From the sequence record NC_014636.1: 64,000 nt of DNA. One strand, written 5' to 3'. Position 1 is the first letter of the stretch. Each line of letters starts with the position of its first letter. Below are positions 18,628-27,810 of the stretch, one piece after another. The position numbers and the translations under genes are program-made. The notes beneath the pieces are model-generated. The model did no database searches, was not told the DNA's origin, and saw only the letters and a list, made by a program, of their open reading frames with translations.

Positions 18628-21600
18628 ATGGCAGACCTTAAATTAGGATCACAAATCGGAGGTAATCTGATTTGGCACCAGGGCATTCTTGAGCTAAACC
18701 CTCTTGATGATAGCCTGTTTTATAAAGAATTCGATGTGATCACCTCAAAGGGCGGTCAGACAATTAATGGCGGTATTAATCTAAAAGGCGATATCGTTAC
18801 AACTGGAAAAGTTATTGCAGTCGGCAATGATGTGGGTTGGGGACAAGCACCAAACGCAGCATTCAACATGGACAAAGATAACACAGCTGGTGCTCACTGG
18901 CTTATTGCAAGTCGTAAAGCAGATGGAACCCCGCGCTCTGGTATTCAAGTTCTTACAAACGATGTTGGCGAAGTTAGAATTTACACAAACAAAAACGCTA
19001 ACTATGTCGGATTCCGAGATGGCCAAGTTTTTATCCCTGCAACGACGCCATCGGCAGCGTCTCACGCAGCTCGGAAAGATTATGTAGATCGTGAAGTTGA
19101 TAAAGCGATGCAGTTCGCAGAAACAACTACCGATAAACTCACTGCTGATCTGGCTACCGCAAATACCAAGATTGATACCCTTGATGCACAGAATGTAAAG
19201 ATTACTGGCGCTCAATCAATCGCTGGAACAAAGACATTTACCGACCCCGTTGTTTTGGAAGATCAGCCAACTGCTGATACTCATGCAGCAAACAAGAAAT
19301 ACGTCGATACCAAAGTCGGTACTGCGGTCCAAGGCATTGCGACTACTGCACCATTGACTACTACTGGAGGCGTCAATCCAACGCTGGCCATCACGGCTGC
19401 TTCGCGCACTGCTTCCGGTTCTATGAGTGCTCAAGACAAAGTTAAACTAGACGATCTTCCAGCCGACGCTTTGAGCCGTTCTGGTGGTAACATGAAGAAC
19501 GGTGGATATATCAACATCGAAGGTGTTGGTGGATTGCGTTCATTGTATAACAGCAAGACATATTCTATTATGCGAGATCATAATAACGGCAACGTTACTT
19601 TAGGCGCTGCTAGTGGTGATCTGTATTTGGGATATAATACAACTGCCGAAGAATATACAACAAAAAACGTTGTATTGCATCAAGCAATGAAATGGAATGC
19701 GGGTAATGGACGAGTTCTGGTTGATACAGATGGATTTATTCCATGGGCTTCTATCAAAGATAAAGTTGGTCTAGAAGGTAAGACTAAGAATATCAGGGGT
19801 CCAATCAACTTTGACGAATACGAGTCAACCGGTTTTTATAACTTGTATTTGGCACGTGCAACTGGATCAGTTAATCCTCCTCCATTGGATTACGGTACAA
19901 TGTTTGTTATTGGCTCAGATAAAGACGCTAATACCTTCGTGACTCAAATCGCGACAGATAGAACACAAGGCTCCACATACATCAGAACTAGAAATGATGG
20001 TACAATGGCTTGGACACCTTGGGTAAAACAAATCGATGAACGTGGCGGAGATGTTGATAAACTAAAAGTGAATCAAGATCTAGTAGTAGGAAACGGAATC
20101 GAAGTAGCGGCAACATCCGTCGTTCATACTGTAAAAGCATTAGGAAATACAGCGGATGCTAAACCTTCTCTAATTCTTCTTGCGAAGCGTTCTAGTTCTA
20201 CTCCTATTGAGAAAAATGGATTTATAGGAAAAATTATTTTCAATCGCGGTGCTACTACCTCTAATTTGCAAAGTGATTATGCAGAAGTTGCAGTATATAG
20301 CGGATATACCGAACAGTATGCAAGGATCCATTATCTATCCGGCGCAAAAACATCTGGCACAAAACTGGTATATCATACATACAACGGCGTTGAATATATT
20401 GCGCTGTATCGTTCCGCAATTAGTATGGCACATGTTGTAGTTGATGGACTTAGATATGGAGCACATCCGATACTTATTCCAGACGCAACCGGATTGACAG
20501 TTACCGACATTAGTGTCAGAGAAGAGATTCTTAGTCTTCATAATCTACCGACAAATGATGATTTAAATCTAGTGTCTCGCGCTGGTGATGCTATGACAGG
20601 AACACTGACTGCTGCTAAAATCAAAAACTCAATTATGGTGAATGATAAAGGTAGTATTAGTTTCCAAGATGCGGCAGATACAAGATTCCATTTGGCATCA
20701 GAATCAAACTCTCTTACTTTGAGTCACGGCAACGAAGGACAAAACGCTCTTGTTTCTTTCCTTGGTGATGGATCTATTAACGCAACTGGACCAGTTGTAG
20801 CAACTGCATTCAGATCTTCTGGTGATTATGGTTTCGTTCGTTCGACTAATAGCACTCAAGGTATGTTTGTTGGTGCAGACGGTAGAACTATTATCGGTGG
20901 CGGAGCTGGTGCAACAGGAACAATCCATTTGCGTCCTCAAGGCATAGGAACAACAACAGTTGAAACTATTATCGCGAATGATGGTACTATTACACTGGGC
21001 AAACAGGGAACGGCTGCTGGACATCTAGTTAATAAGGCATATGTTGACGCAGTAGACGCGAAGAACGTTGCGAAAGCCGGCGATTCAATGACTGGTGCAT
21101 TAAACAACACCAAAGCGTTTGTCTCGAATGATTATATCATGGTAGACAAGAACTCCAAGAAGTTGGCATTGGAAATTGATTCCGGTACATCTAAGATTCC
21201 TTATATTAGCGTCGATGCTACTTATAGAGCATTAGAATTTTTGCCTAATAGAAGGGTACTGGCAACACATGGATATGAAGTCGGAGGAACTAATTCCACT
21301 TCCGAATATTTCTTTACTCCATTATCTGGAGTATCAACTGATTGGGCAAGAGGATTTACTGCTATTGAGACCGATGGTTCAAGAAAAGCGGCATTTGGAT
21401 TCCACGGAAAGCCAACCGGAGAAATTGATTTCATTTATCTTGGAGTTGGTGCTGCTCCTTGGAATGCCAACGCAGGTATTCAAATCAACGCTAACAATCA
21501 GATGTTGATGAAAGATGGACAATCCGGCGCTGCTACATTCGGCGCGGGCGCGAGTGCTTTGTTTATCAATAATACATCAAACGCTTGGTTCCATATTAAC

Positions 21601-22623
21601 AGACAAACCGGAAAAGGATTTGAAGGACTTGCTATTTCCGATGGCGTTGCTCCCAGTGAAACTAACCCAATCGCTGTATTTGAAGCTAGTAAAATACTAT
21701 TGCGTAGACCAACATATGTGTATGGTAATGGTCAATTCCAGATTAACACAGGCGGTAATCCAGTATTAGAATTTCATGTTCCTGGAAAACACGCTCGTAT
21801 TGTATGGCTTGATAATACAACAGGCGATTTGAACTTTGGTCAGTCGAATGGTTCATTTGGTGAAGCGAAACGATACATGCAAATGCGAGCAGAGGGAACC
21901 GGATTGACTATGTATGGAACTAACTGGGCAGCCGGTGGTTCACACGCATATGCAGATCAATGGGCAAGAGAAGCTCCTATTCAAATTGATTTTGGAGCCG
22001 TGGCTGGTTCGTCTGATTATTATCAAATCGTGAAGGGACGTTCCGTTGTTTCGGGTGTTGGATATACAACTGACGTTGAACTTGGAGTATTGCGTTCTGG
22101 CAACGTTTGGGGTCAAGGTATTATTCGGGTTGGTTCCGGTGAAAGTGGTACTAAAGGAACAATGGGAATTTATACTTTTGATATCAGTGGTAACTTTAGA
22201 TCTCCGGGTGGAGTATACGGAGGAACTGGAGTATATGATTCTGGTGACCGCGTATATTCTGTAAATAACCCGCCGCCGTCAAACACGCACACACACAATA
22301 ATATCAGAGCTACTAGCGCAGTCACGATATTTGATGGGGATGTTGGTGGAGGAAACTTCGCATTAACTCGTCCATGGACAGACTTTGACATGATAATGTT
22401 TGTTGTTGGCTGGGATGATATGGGATTAGTTAGTCCGAAAACATTCACTAGATATGATCTAGAATATCTACAAGCAATTGGTTGGAACTACGATATTTCT
22501 GGTGGTTCGGGTGGATTAGGTTGGGGCGGAAGATTCTCTGCTGATAACCGGACATTCGTTACCGCTTGGGAAAATGGTAGAGTTCGAAAAGTTGTCGGAT
22601 ATAATCTGAGAACCGTTAACTAA
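18628..22623 (+). CDS. Distal long tail fibre 2 (second gp36-gp37 fusion-like), no S74 chaperone
   Basis: First 25 residues identical to fibre 1 (MADLKLGSQIGGNLIWHQGILELNP); gp37-like YADQWAREAP...SDYYQIVKG segment; different C-terminal tip. Confidence 0.85.
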   Translation: MADLKLGSQIGGNLIWHQGILELNPLDDSLFYKEFDVITSKGGQTINGGINLKGDIVTTGKVIAVGNDVGWGQAPNAAFNMDKDNTAGAHWLIASRKADGTPRSGIQVLTNDVGEVRIYTNKNANYVGFRDGQVFIPATTPSAASHAARKDYVDREVDKAMQFAETTTDKLTADLATANTKIDTLDAQNVKITGAQSIAGTKTFTDPVVLEDQPTADTHAANKKYVDTKVGTAVQGIATTAPLTTTGGVNPTLAITAASRTASGSMSAQDKVKLDDLPADALSRSGGNMKNGGYINIEGVGGLRSLYNSKTYSIMRDHNNGNVTLGAASGDLYLGYNTTAEEYTTKNVVLHQAMKWNAGNGRVLVDTDGFIPWASIKDKVGLEGKTKNIRGPINFDEYESTGFYNLYLARATGSVNPPPLDYGTMFVIGSDKDANTFVTQIATDRTQGSTYIRTRNDGTMAWTPWVKQIDERGGDVDKLKVNQDLVVGNGIEVAATSVVHTVKALGNTADAKPSLILLAKRSSSTPIEKNGFIGKIIFNRGATTSNLQSDYAEVAVYSGYTEQYARIHYLSGAKTSGTKLVYHTYNGVEYIALYRSAISMAHVVVDGLRYGAHPILIPDATGLTVTDISVREEILSLHNLPTNDDLNLVSRAGDAMTGTLTAAKIKNSIMVNDKGSISFQDAADTRFHLASESNSLTLSHGNEGQNALVSFLGDGSINATGPVVATAFRSSGDYGFVRSTNSTQGMFVGADGRTIIGGGAGATGTIHLRPQGIGTTTVETIIANDGTITLGKQGTAAGHLVNKAYVDAVDAKNVAKAGDSMTGALNNTKAFVSNDYIMVDKNSKKLALEIDSGTSKIPYISVDATYRALEFLPNRRVLATHGYEVGGTNSTSEYFFTPLSGVSTDWARGFTAIETDGSRKAAFGFHGKPTGEIDFIYLGVGAAPWNANAGIQINANNQMLMKDGQSGAATFGAGASALFINNTSNAWFHINRQTGKGFEGLAISDGVAPSETNPIAVFEASKILLRRPTYVYGNGQFQINTGGNPVLEFHVPGKHARIVWLDNTTGDLNFGQSNGSFGEAKRYMQMRAEGTGLTMYGTNWAAGGSHAYADQWAREAPIQIDFGAVAGSSDYYQIVKGRSVVSGVGYTTDVELGVLRSGNVWGQGIIRVGSGESGTKGTMGIYTFDISGNFRSPGGVYGGTGVYDSGDRVYSVNNPPPSNTHTHNNIRATSAVTIFDGDVGGGNFALTRPWTDFDMIMFVVGWDDMGLVSPKTFTRYDLEYLQAIGWNYDISGGSGGLGWGGRFSADNRTFVTAWENGRVRKVVGYNLRTVN

Positions 22624-22626
22624 ATA
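22620..22626 (+). promoter_or_regulatory. Putative late promoter (CTAAATA) for the lysis cassette
   Basis: Overlaps the fibre 2 stop codon, upstream of 22672. Confidence 0.45.
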
Positions 22627-22632
22627 ATAAAC

Positions 22633-22659
22633 TAAGGGGCTTCGGCCCCTTTTATTTTT
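22633..22659 (+). terminator. Intrinsic terminator after distal fibre 2
   Basis: AAGGGGC-TTCG-GCCCCTT plus T-rich tail. Confidence 0.8.
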
Positions 22660-22671
22660 AAAGGAGATAAA

Positions 22672-23199
22672 ATGAAAGTTATTTTAAGAATGCTACAGCA
22701 TATTGTTTTGCTGCCTATTCACTTATTCATGTGCCTAACGTGCTGGATCTTATCACCAGTGCTTCCTTTGTTTGCGATAAATAAAGAGACGCTACCAAAC
22801 TGGTTGAGCTGGTATCAAACTCCAGACGCTCCACTAGATGGCGATAGCGGTCACGTAGAACGTTGCCAAGGATATCCTCGTTATATTCAACGAGTATTAT
22901 GGCTAATTCGAAATCCGGCATATGGATTTGCTTGGTCTGTTCTTGCATATCAGCCAAAGAGTCCAAAATTTAAATGGCGAGGATCTCTTGGATATACTAA
23001 AGGAGACGAAGCCAAGTTTGGCTGGTATTTCATCACTCAAGAATGCGGACATTTCCAATTCAGTATGAGATATCCGAGTGTATTTGGGAAACAGTTCAGA
23101 TTTAGATTTGGATGGAAAATGATTGGGATTGCTGCTGCTGGGACATGGCGTGAACGGAAGAAATTTGTTTTCACATTGAATCCACTTGACGGAGGCTAA
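22672..23199 (+). CDS. Conserved Trp-rich phage protein with hydrophobic N-terminus, function unknown
   Basis: AAGGAG SD; LPNWLSWYQTPDAPLDGD and WLIRNPAYGF motifs recur in lysis/tail-adjacent phage proteins. Confidence 0.7.
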   Translation: MKVILRMLQHIVLLPIHLFMCLTCWILSPVLPLFAINKETLPNWLSWYQTPDAPLDGDSGHVERCQGYPRYIQRVLWLIRNPAYGFAWSVLAYQPKSPKFKWRGSLGYTKGDEAKFGWYFITQECGHFQFSMRYPSVFGKQFRFRFGWKMIGIAAAGTWRERKKFVFTLNPLDGG

Positions 23200-23697
23200 A
23201 TGCTTGCACAAATGCTAAAGCAAGATGAAGGTTATAAAGAGACTGTATATTGGGACACAGAAGGATATCCCACTATCGGAATCGGACACCTCATCATGCG
23301 TAAAAGAACAAAAGATATGGGAGAGATTAATCGCGAATTAAGTTCCCATGTTGGAAGAAATATTAAAGACGGTAAGATCAGTGCAAACGAAGTATTGGCT
23401 TTGTTTGAACGAGACATGGACGTTGTTAGACGTTCAATCGCGAATTATGCCGCATTGTCCGGTGTATACGACACTTTAGACACGGTGCGCAAGAATGCCA
23501 TTGAGAACATGGTATTTCAAATGGGGGCGCTTGGTGTGTCGAAATTCCCTAGTATGCTAAGAGCACTTCGAAACAAGGATTGGAACGAAGCATATCGCCA
23601 AGCACTCAACAGTGCATGGGCAAAACAAACGCCAAATCGCGCCAATCGCGTGGCCAGCGTTTTGAAGCTCGGCAGCTATGCTCCCTATGGCTTCTAA
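23200..23697 (+). CDS. e: T4-type lysozyme (endolysin)
   Basis: DEGYKETVYWDTEGYPTIGIGH (catalytic E-D-T), NMVFQMG..GVSKF..ML, WAKQTPNRANRV. Confidence 0.95.
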   Translation: MLAQMLKQDEGYKETVYWDTEGYPTIGIGHLIMRKRTKDMGEINRELSSHVGRNIKDGKISANEVLALFERDMDVVRRSIANYAALSGVYDTLDTVRKNAIENMVFQMGALGVSKFPSMLRALRNKDWNEAYRQALNSAWAKQTPNRANRVASVLKLGSYAPYGF

Positions 23698-24025
23698 TCA
23701 GGAATCTCGGATATTCTCGTTGGGAGAGTGGTCAACGCTTCTTAGTGTTATCGTTATTGTTACGGTAGCTGCGGCAGGTGCGATGACTGCGATCTATCGT
23801 TTAGGACAGATAGAATCGGCACAGGAGAAAATGGAAAGTCGAATTGTGTCAATCGAAAATCGAGTAAACGAAATGAATACCGTAGATAGTAATCAAGATA
23901 CCAAGATTGAATATCTACAGAAGCAACAAGAGAAGACAAACGAAATAACGGAAAAGATGAATGATACCCTGAATAACTTGAATGTGAGTATAAACAAGTT
24001 GCAGGTAGCCATTGATCGGAAGTAA
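23678..24025 (+). CDS. Single-TM, coiled-coil membrane protein; candidate holin or inner spanin-like lysis protein
   Basis: One hydrophobic helix (LLSVIVIVTVAAAGAMTAIY) followed by about 70 aa of heptad coiled coil; overlaps the endolysin end; start codon uncertain. Confidence 0.55.
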   Translation: MLPMASNQESRIFSLGEWSTLLSVIVIVTVAAAGAMTAIYRLGQIESAQEKMESRIVSIENRVNEMNTVDSNQDTKIEYLQKQQEKTNEITEKMNDTLNNLNVSINKLQVAIDRK

Positions 24026-24027
24026 AC

Positions 24028-24059
24028 AAAAGGGAGCCCTCGGGCTCCCTTTCTTTTTA
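24028..24059. terminator. Bidirectional terminator between the late block and asiA
   Basis: AAAGGGAGCC-CTCG-GGCTCCCTTT flanked by A and T runs between convergent genes. Confidence 0.85.
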
Positions 24060-24350
24060 TGCAAAGTCAACGTGACCGCGTGGTCCCATCATTGCATTCA
24101 ACATTTCATAGTGTTCTTGCGCGGAGAACTCAGTCAGCACTTCGGCTCGTTCTTCATCAGTGAGTCTACCGACCATTTGTCTAAAACTCATTTTGGTGAA
24201 CTCAAGCCCACGTACAGTTCGGAATCCAGCTTCATTCAGAAAATCGATAAGATTTTGCTGGGTATCCAATATTTCGCCTTCAACTTCCAGTTTGATTAGA
24301 AGTGAGACAGTCGCGATGATATCTTTAACAAGTTCCAATTTGGCGTTCAT
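24057..24350 (-). CDS. asiA: Anti-sigma70 factor AsiA
   Basis: LELVKDIIATVSLLIK...LIDFLNEAG...SFRQMVGRLTDEER aligns by eye with T4 AsiA; syntenic. Confidence 0.85.
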   Translation of the reverse strand: MNAKLELVKDIIATVSLLIKLEVEGEILDTQQNLIDFLNEAGFRTVRGLEFTKMSFRQMVGRLTDEERAEVLTEFSAQEHYEMLNAMMGPRGHVDFA

Positions 24351-24607
24351 ACTACATAGCCTATTTCGCGCAGGGTAATCGCCTCATTTTCGAGTGCGTT
24401 ACCTCTAAATCTAATTTGGTGTCCGTCATTTAGCACGATTAGGCTTGACGTAACACGGTTATGAATATCCCGAGTTAAGGTTACGTCAACCTCTGACATC
24501 TGATATTTTTCCAGGTCGATTTGAATCGACGTCTTAACTTCTTGTTCTTGCCAATCGGGTGGCAAACCCTCACAGATCTTTCCTGTGACTAAAGTCATGA
24601 GCGGCAC
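24347..24607 (-). CDS. Hypothetical protein
   Basis: 86-aa ORF overlapping the asiA start (ATGA). Confidence 0.55.
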   Translation of the reverse strand: MPLMTLVTGKICEGLPPDWQEQEVKTSIQIDLEKYQMSEVDVTLTRDIHNRVTSSLIVLNDGHQIRFRGNALENEAITLREIGYVV

Positions 24608-24887
24608 GGGTCAGTTTCTCCACAATGTCGTCCATGGTAACCAGTTGAATGCCGTCTGCTTGTTTGAATGCAATATCACCGTCGTTTTCCATATGACGGA
24701 ACATAGCGTTCACACTGTCAAACAGTCGAAACTTTGTGGAGTATCGATCCTTGATACTCATTAACATACCGAACTGGTCGAGTTCGAAAATGCCATCTGA
24801 GATTGTAATCGCGTCGAGCGGTAATGCGTGATTATCAGAGTCAACGGCAAACACATGGTTACCACGAAACAGAAAATAACGTTTCAT
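24570..24887 (-). CDS. Hypothetical protein
   Basis: 105-aa ORF with GAGG SD. Confidence 0.6.
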   Translation of the reverse strand: MKRYFLFRGNHVFAVDSDNHALPLDAITISDGIFELDQFGMLMSIKDRYSTKFRLFDSVNAMFRHMENDGDIAFKQADGIQLVTMDDIVEKLTRAAHDFSHRKDL

Positions 24888-24913
24888 TTTGTATACCTCA
24901 AACCAGAATTGAA

Positions 24914-25039
24914 TTAGTAGTCGATTTTGCCTTTGTGCTTCATCTTGCGAGCACCGGCGTTTTTGCTTTGCTTCTTGCGATCAACCATGACAACGGCATT
25001 GTTGAATTCGCGAGCATGTTTGGCAACAAAGTTTTGCAT
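24914..25039 (-). CDS. Small basic phage protein (41 aa)
   Basis: Not in the track; GAGG SD; MQNFVAKHAREFNNAVVMVDRKKQSKNAGARKMKHKGKIDY, N.VAK..FN...DRKK pattern seen in small myophage proteins. Confidence 0.7.
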   Translation of the reverse strand: MQNFVAKHAREFNNAVVMVDRKKQSKNAGARKMKHKGKIDY

Positions 25040-25048
25040 TTCTTTACC

Positions 25049-25483
25049 TCAGTCAATGAATACAAGTATGGTAGCGACAATCACAAAGAAAGTCAACAGT
25101 TGAATATTTAGTTGACGTTCGATTTTCTTTCGCTCGTCTTTGCTGAGACGATCAAACTTTTCAGCGGCAAAATCTGCGATCTCAGTTGCACCATTACCAG
25201 ACTTGCGGCAGAGGTAATCGAAGATCAGAATATGCTTGAACTTGTTGCCTACCGTCTGAATTCTGTTTGCTTCGATTGTATATGTCTTGACATACGCACC
25301 GAACATAAACATCGAACCCCAGATTTTCAGACCAAGTACCCATTCTGTAGGTTCACCCAGCAACATTGCGAAGACGTTAGCGGCGACAATCAATATGCCG
25401 AGTAAACCAAACACGCGGCATAGAGAATGCCACTCGACTTGCTCTTGCTTCATTGCGCGATTGAGTCGAGTGGCAAGCATCAT
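25049..25483 (-). CDS. Hypothetical membrane protein
   Basis: Three hydrophobic segments. Confidence 0.65.
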   Translation of the reverse strand: MMLATRLNRAMKQEQVEWHSLCRVFGLLGILIVAANVFAMLLGEPTEWVLGLKIWGSMFMFGAYVKTYTIEANRIQTVGNKFKHILIFDYLCRKSGNGATEIADFAAEKFDRLSKDERKKIERQLNIQLLTFFVIVATILVFID

Positions 25484-25755
25484 TTCAGCAGTTCCTCGAA
25501 CTTCTGTGCGATACGACCGGCGCGTTCCGCATCTTGACGCTTGTTGGCTTGACGCTTTTGGATAACGGCGATGTCTTTGTCCAGTTGCTCTACTTGTGCA
25601 ATATCATCGGCTTGACGCTCTTTCAGCTCGGTAACAGTTTGTTCCAGTTGCTCAACAATTGCAGTCAGCGGACGAGGACCGATAGTCAGTTCAGCATCAC
25701 CTGCGAATTCACGAACACGGCGTTGTGCAGCTTGCCAGAATGAAAAAATACTCAT
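25480..25755 (-). CDS. Hypothetical coiled-coil protein
   Basis: 91 aa, heptad-rich, ATGA overlap with gene 52. Confidence 0.65.
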   Translation of the reverse strand: MSIFSFWQAAQRRVREFAGDAELTIGPRPLTAIVEQLEQTVTELKERQADDIAQVEQLDKDIAVIQKRQANKRQDAERAGRIAQKFEELLK

Positions 25756-27068
25756 TTCAAAAATTCCTTGATGTCAGATTGGTATTGCTTCTTGGGAGAA
25801 GTGTTCTTCCAGAAGTCGTTTTCTTTGGTCAACTCGGTGACTTGCTTTTCTAGCTTAGTCAATTCGTCTTCCGTCATGTGGTACAAGTTCATTTGCACCA
25901 GTTGTTCGGCATAGTCTTTCAGACTATCGAAAGCTTGAATCTGTTCGATTACTTGCTTGCGAGTCTGTTTATGGAACTTGATCTTCTCGTCTAGCACAAG
26001 CTTGATAAACTCTACCTTAGCTTGAGCATATCCAAGTTTCTCAGTCGTTGCTACAATAGCATTATCGATTCGCTTTTGCAAGATGCCGAAGCGATAATTC
26101 ACGAAATCAACAATCAGATCAGAAGCTTTTTCGTATGGCTTCAAATCGCCGTTTTGATCGATTACGCGAATGTATTGTGACACATTCTGAGCCAGTTTGA
26201 AAGTCTTAATGATGTTTTCGTGACTGGTATCGAAATCACGCTTTAGCGTGATCTTGAAACAGAACTCACGATCATCCATTTTGGACTCGTCATAGCCAAC
26301 AATCTTGTCGGTCTCTACCAGCTTATCCAGTAAAGTCACATACTTAACGCGATCATATTTTACTGGAATCTCGCTGATTGTCAACTTAGTTTTACCGCTA
26401 AGTTCATAACAGCCTTCCAGTGTCCAAGCTTGATTCTTATCGACAACAGGAGTGATTTTACCATAGAACAGCGGGAACTGAATCTGTGGTTCATCGCACT
26501 TACCAGTTTTAAGAACTTGCTCAACACACTTAGCAACACTCACCAAGCTATGTGGCAGAATCTTGGTAGCAAATCCAGTTGCAATACCGCTAACACCGTT
26601 CAGCAGAACAGTTGGCAGAATCGGCAGATAGTAGCGTGGGAGTTCAGAACCATCAGCGGTAGACTCTTCCAGCAGCTCCATATCTTTGAACATACTATCG
26701 AATTGATCGTGCTTGGTACAGAAGATATAACGCGCTGCCGCACCTTCTTGCACAGCTCGGGAACCGAAGTTACCTTGACCCTGAATAATAGGGAAGTTGT
26801 TGTTCCAAGTAGAAGCCATCAAACATGCGGCATCCATGGCAGCAACTTCGCCGTGGTTGTAACCATACTCAGAGATCACACCAGCGATTGCGGCATTCTT
26901 TTTGAAAGACTTGCCAGCATTCTTCAACACGCTATAAAGAATATAACGTTGTACCGGTTTTAGACCGTCTACCATGCTTGGCAGAGCGCGTTCCTCAATG
27001 GTATACATCGCAAATTCTTTTGCTTCGTTATTGACTAGACTAGATATTCCACGTTTAGTTACTTGCAT
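25752..27068 (-). CDS. 52: DNA topoisomerase II medium subunit gp52
   Basis: RALPSMVDGLKPVQR, YNHGE, GNFGSR, AAARYI catalytic Tyr, LNGVSGIATG. Confidence 0.97.
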   Translation of the reverse strand: MQVTKRGISSLVNNEAKEFAMYTIEERALPSMVDGLKPVQRYILYSVLKNAGKSFKKNAAIAGVISEYGYNHGEVAAMDAACLMASTWNNNFPIIQGQGNFGSRAVQEGAAARYIFCTKHDQFDSMFKDMELLEESTADGSELPRYYLPILPTVLLNGVSGIATGFATKILPHSLVSVAKCVEQVLKTGKCDEPQIQFPLFYGKITPVVDKNQAWTLEGCYELSGKTKLTISEIPVKYDRVKYVTLLDKLVETDKIVGYDESKMDDREFCFKITLKRDFDTSHENIIKTFKLAQNVSQYIRVIDQNGDLKPYEKASDLIVDFVNYRFGILQKRIDNAIVATTEKLGYAQAKVEFIKLVLDEKIKFHKQTRKQVIEQIQAFDSLKDYAEQLVQMNLYHMTEDELTKLEKQVTELTKENDFWKNTSPKKQYQSDIKEFLK

Positions 27069-27096
27069 TCTTTACCTCTTTTCAAACAGTCAGGAT

Positions 27097-27124
27097 ATTA
27101 TACACGGCTGTTTGAAGATGTCAA
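27097..27124 (-). promoter_or_regulatory. Sigma70-type early promoter for gene 52
   Basis: TTGACA-16 nt-TATAAT; a 9-bp inverted repeat (27081-27089 / 27108-27116) encloses the -10. Confidence 0.8.
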
Positions 27125-27126
27125 CA

Positions 27127-27633
27127 TCAGGATTTCAGACGACCAATAAAGTCATATTTGGTGCGAAGCTCGGTGATCATAGCGATACCGTTGTTTTTCG
27201 CGCTGTATTCTTCGATACCAAGCAGGTCGCGCATTTGTGCGTAGGACACGAAGAACACTTGATGTTTTGCTTCTACCTCACGCCAAGCTTTTACGATACT
27301 GGCATCGGTGAAGATTTCGGTAGATCGCTTGCACAAGTAATCGCCCAATGCTTTGTTTTGCTCGGTACGCGGATTATTCAAGCGACGCAGAACTTCCTTA
27401 AAGCCAGTTTTGCGTTTCTGAATACCGACGTGGTTTACGCTAACGATATCGCGCAGGCGAGCGTCATTAGTCGGGAAAGTAGCGATCAGATAGAAACCAG
27501 GAGTAGTCAGATCGTGATTCACAGGTACCCGAGCAATTTGGCCAGGAGTAAACTCCAGAATGCCAGTTTTGTTAGGGAACAGAGTACCGATATACAGTGC
27601 GTTTCCCATAAGGAGATTAGTATTCAATTTCAT
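27127..27633 (-). CDS. ndd: Nucleoid disruption protein Ndd
   Basis: A..IGT, L..PGFY, HVGIQKRKTGFKEVL (T4 YVGNQRSKQGFSAVL from memory), VFFV..AQMRDL; syntenic between 52 and rIIB. Confidence 0.75.
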   Translation of the reverse strand: MKLNTNLLMGNALYIGTLFPNKTGILEFTPGQIARVPVNHDLTTPGFYLIATFPTNDARLRDIVSVNHVGIQKRKTGFKEVLRRLNNPRTEQNKALGDYLCKRSTEIFTDASIVKAWREVEAKHQVFFVSYAQMRDLLGIEEYSAKNNGIAMITELRTKYDFIGRLKS

Positions 27634-27660
27634 TTCATTACCTCATTAAGTAGAGATCGA

Positions 27661-27689
27661 ATTATTACACACTAGCTAACGTGTGTCAA
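27661..27689 (-). promoter_or_regulatory. Sigma70-type early promoter for ndd
   Basis: TTGACA-16 nt-TAATAAT; spacer contains an ACACAC/GTGTGT inverted repeat. Confidence 0.65.
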
Positions 27690-27737
27690 CACTGCGGCAT
27701 AGCCGCTAATTGTTACTATGTAACAAAAAGAGAAAAT

Positions 27738-27810
27738 AAAATCTCTTATATATCTTATATGAGAATTTACTTTGTCTTTTCGTTAGAAATCAATATGTTA
27801 GCTTCGCAGT
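27738..27810. repeat. Conserved non-coding element, copy 1
   Basis: About 70 bp, roughly 75% identical by eye to 53159-53229. Confidence 0.8.

Noticed and set aside
14160-22623. Diversity-generating retroelement or invertase shufflon acting on the fibres
   Set aside because: No reverse transcriptase, no template/variable repeat pair with A-specific mismatches, no recombinase and no inverted cassettes seen in the window
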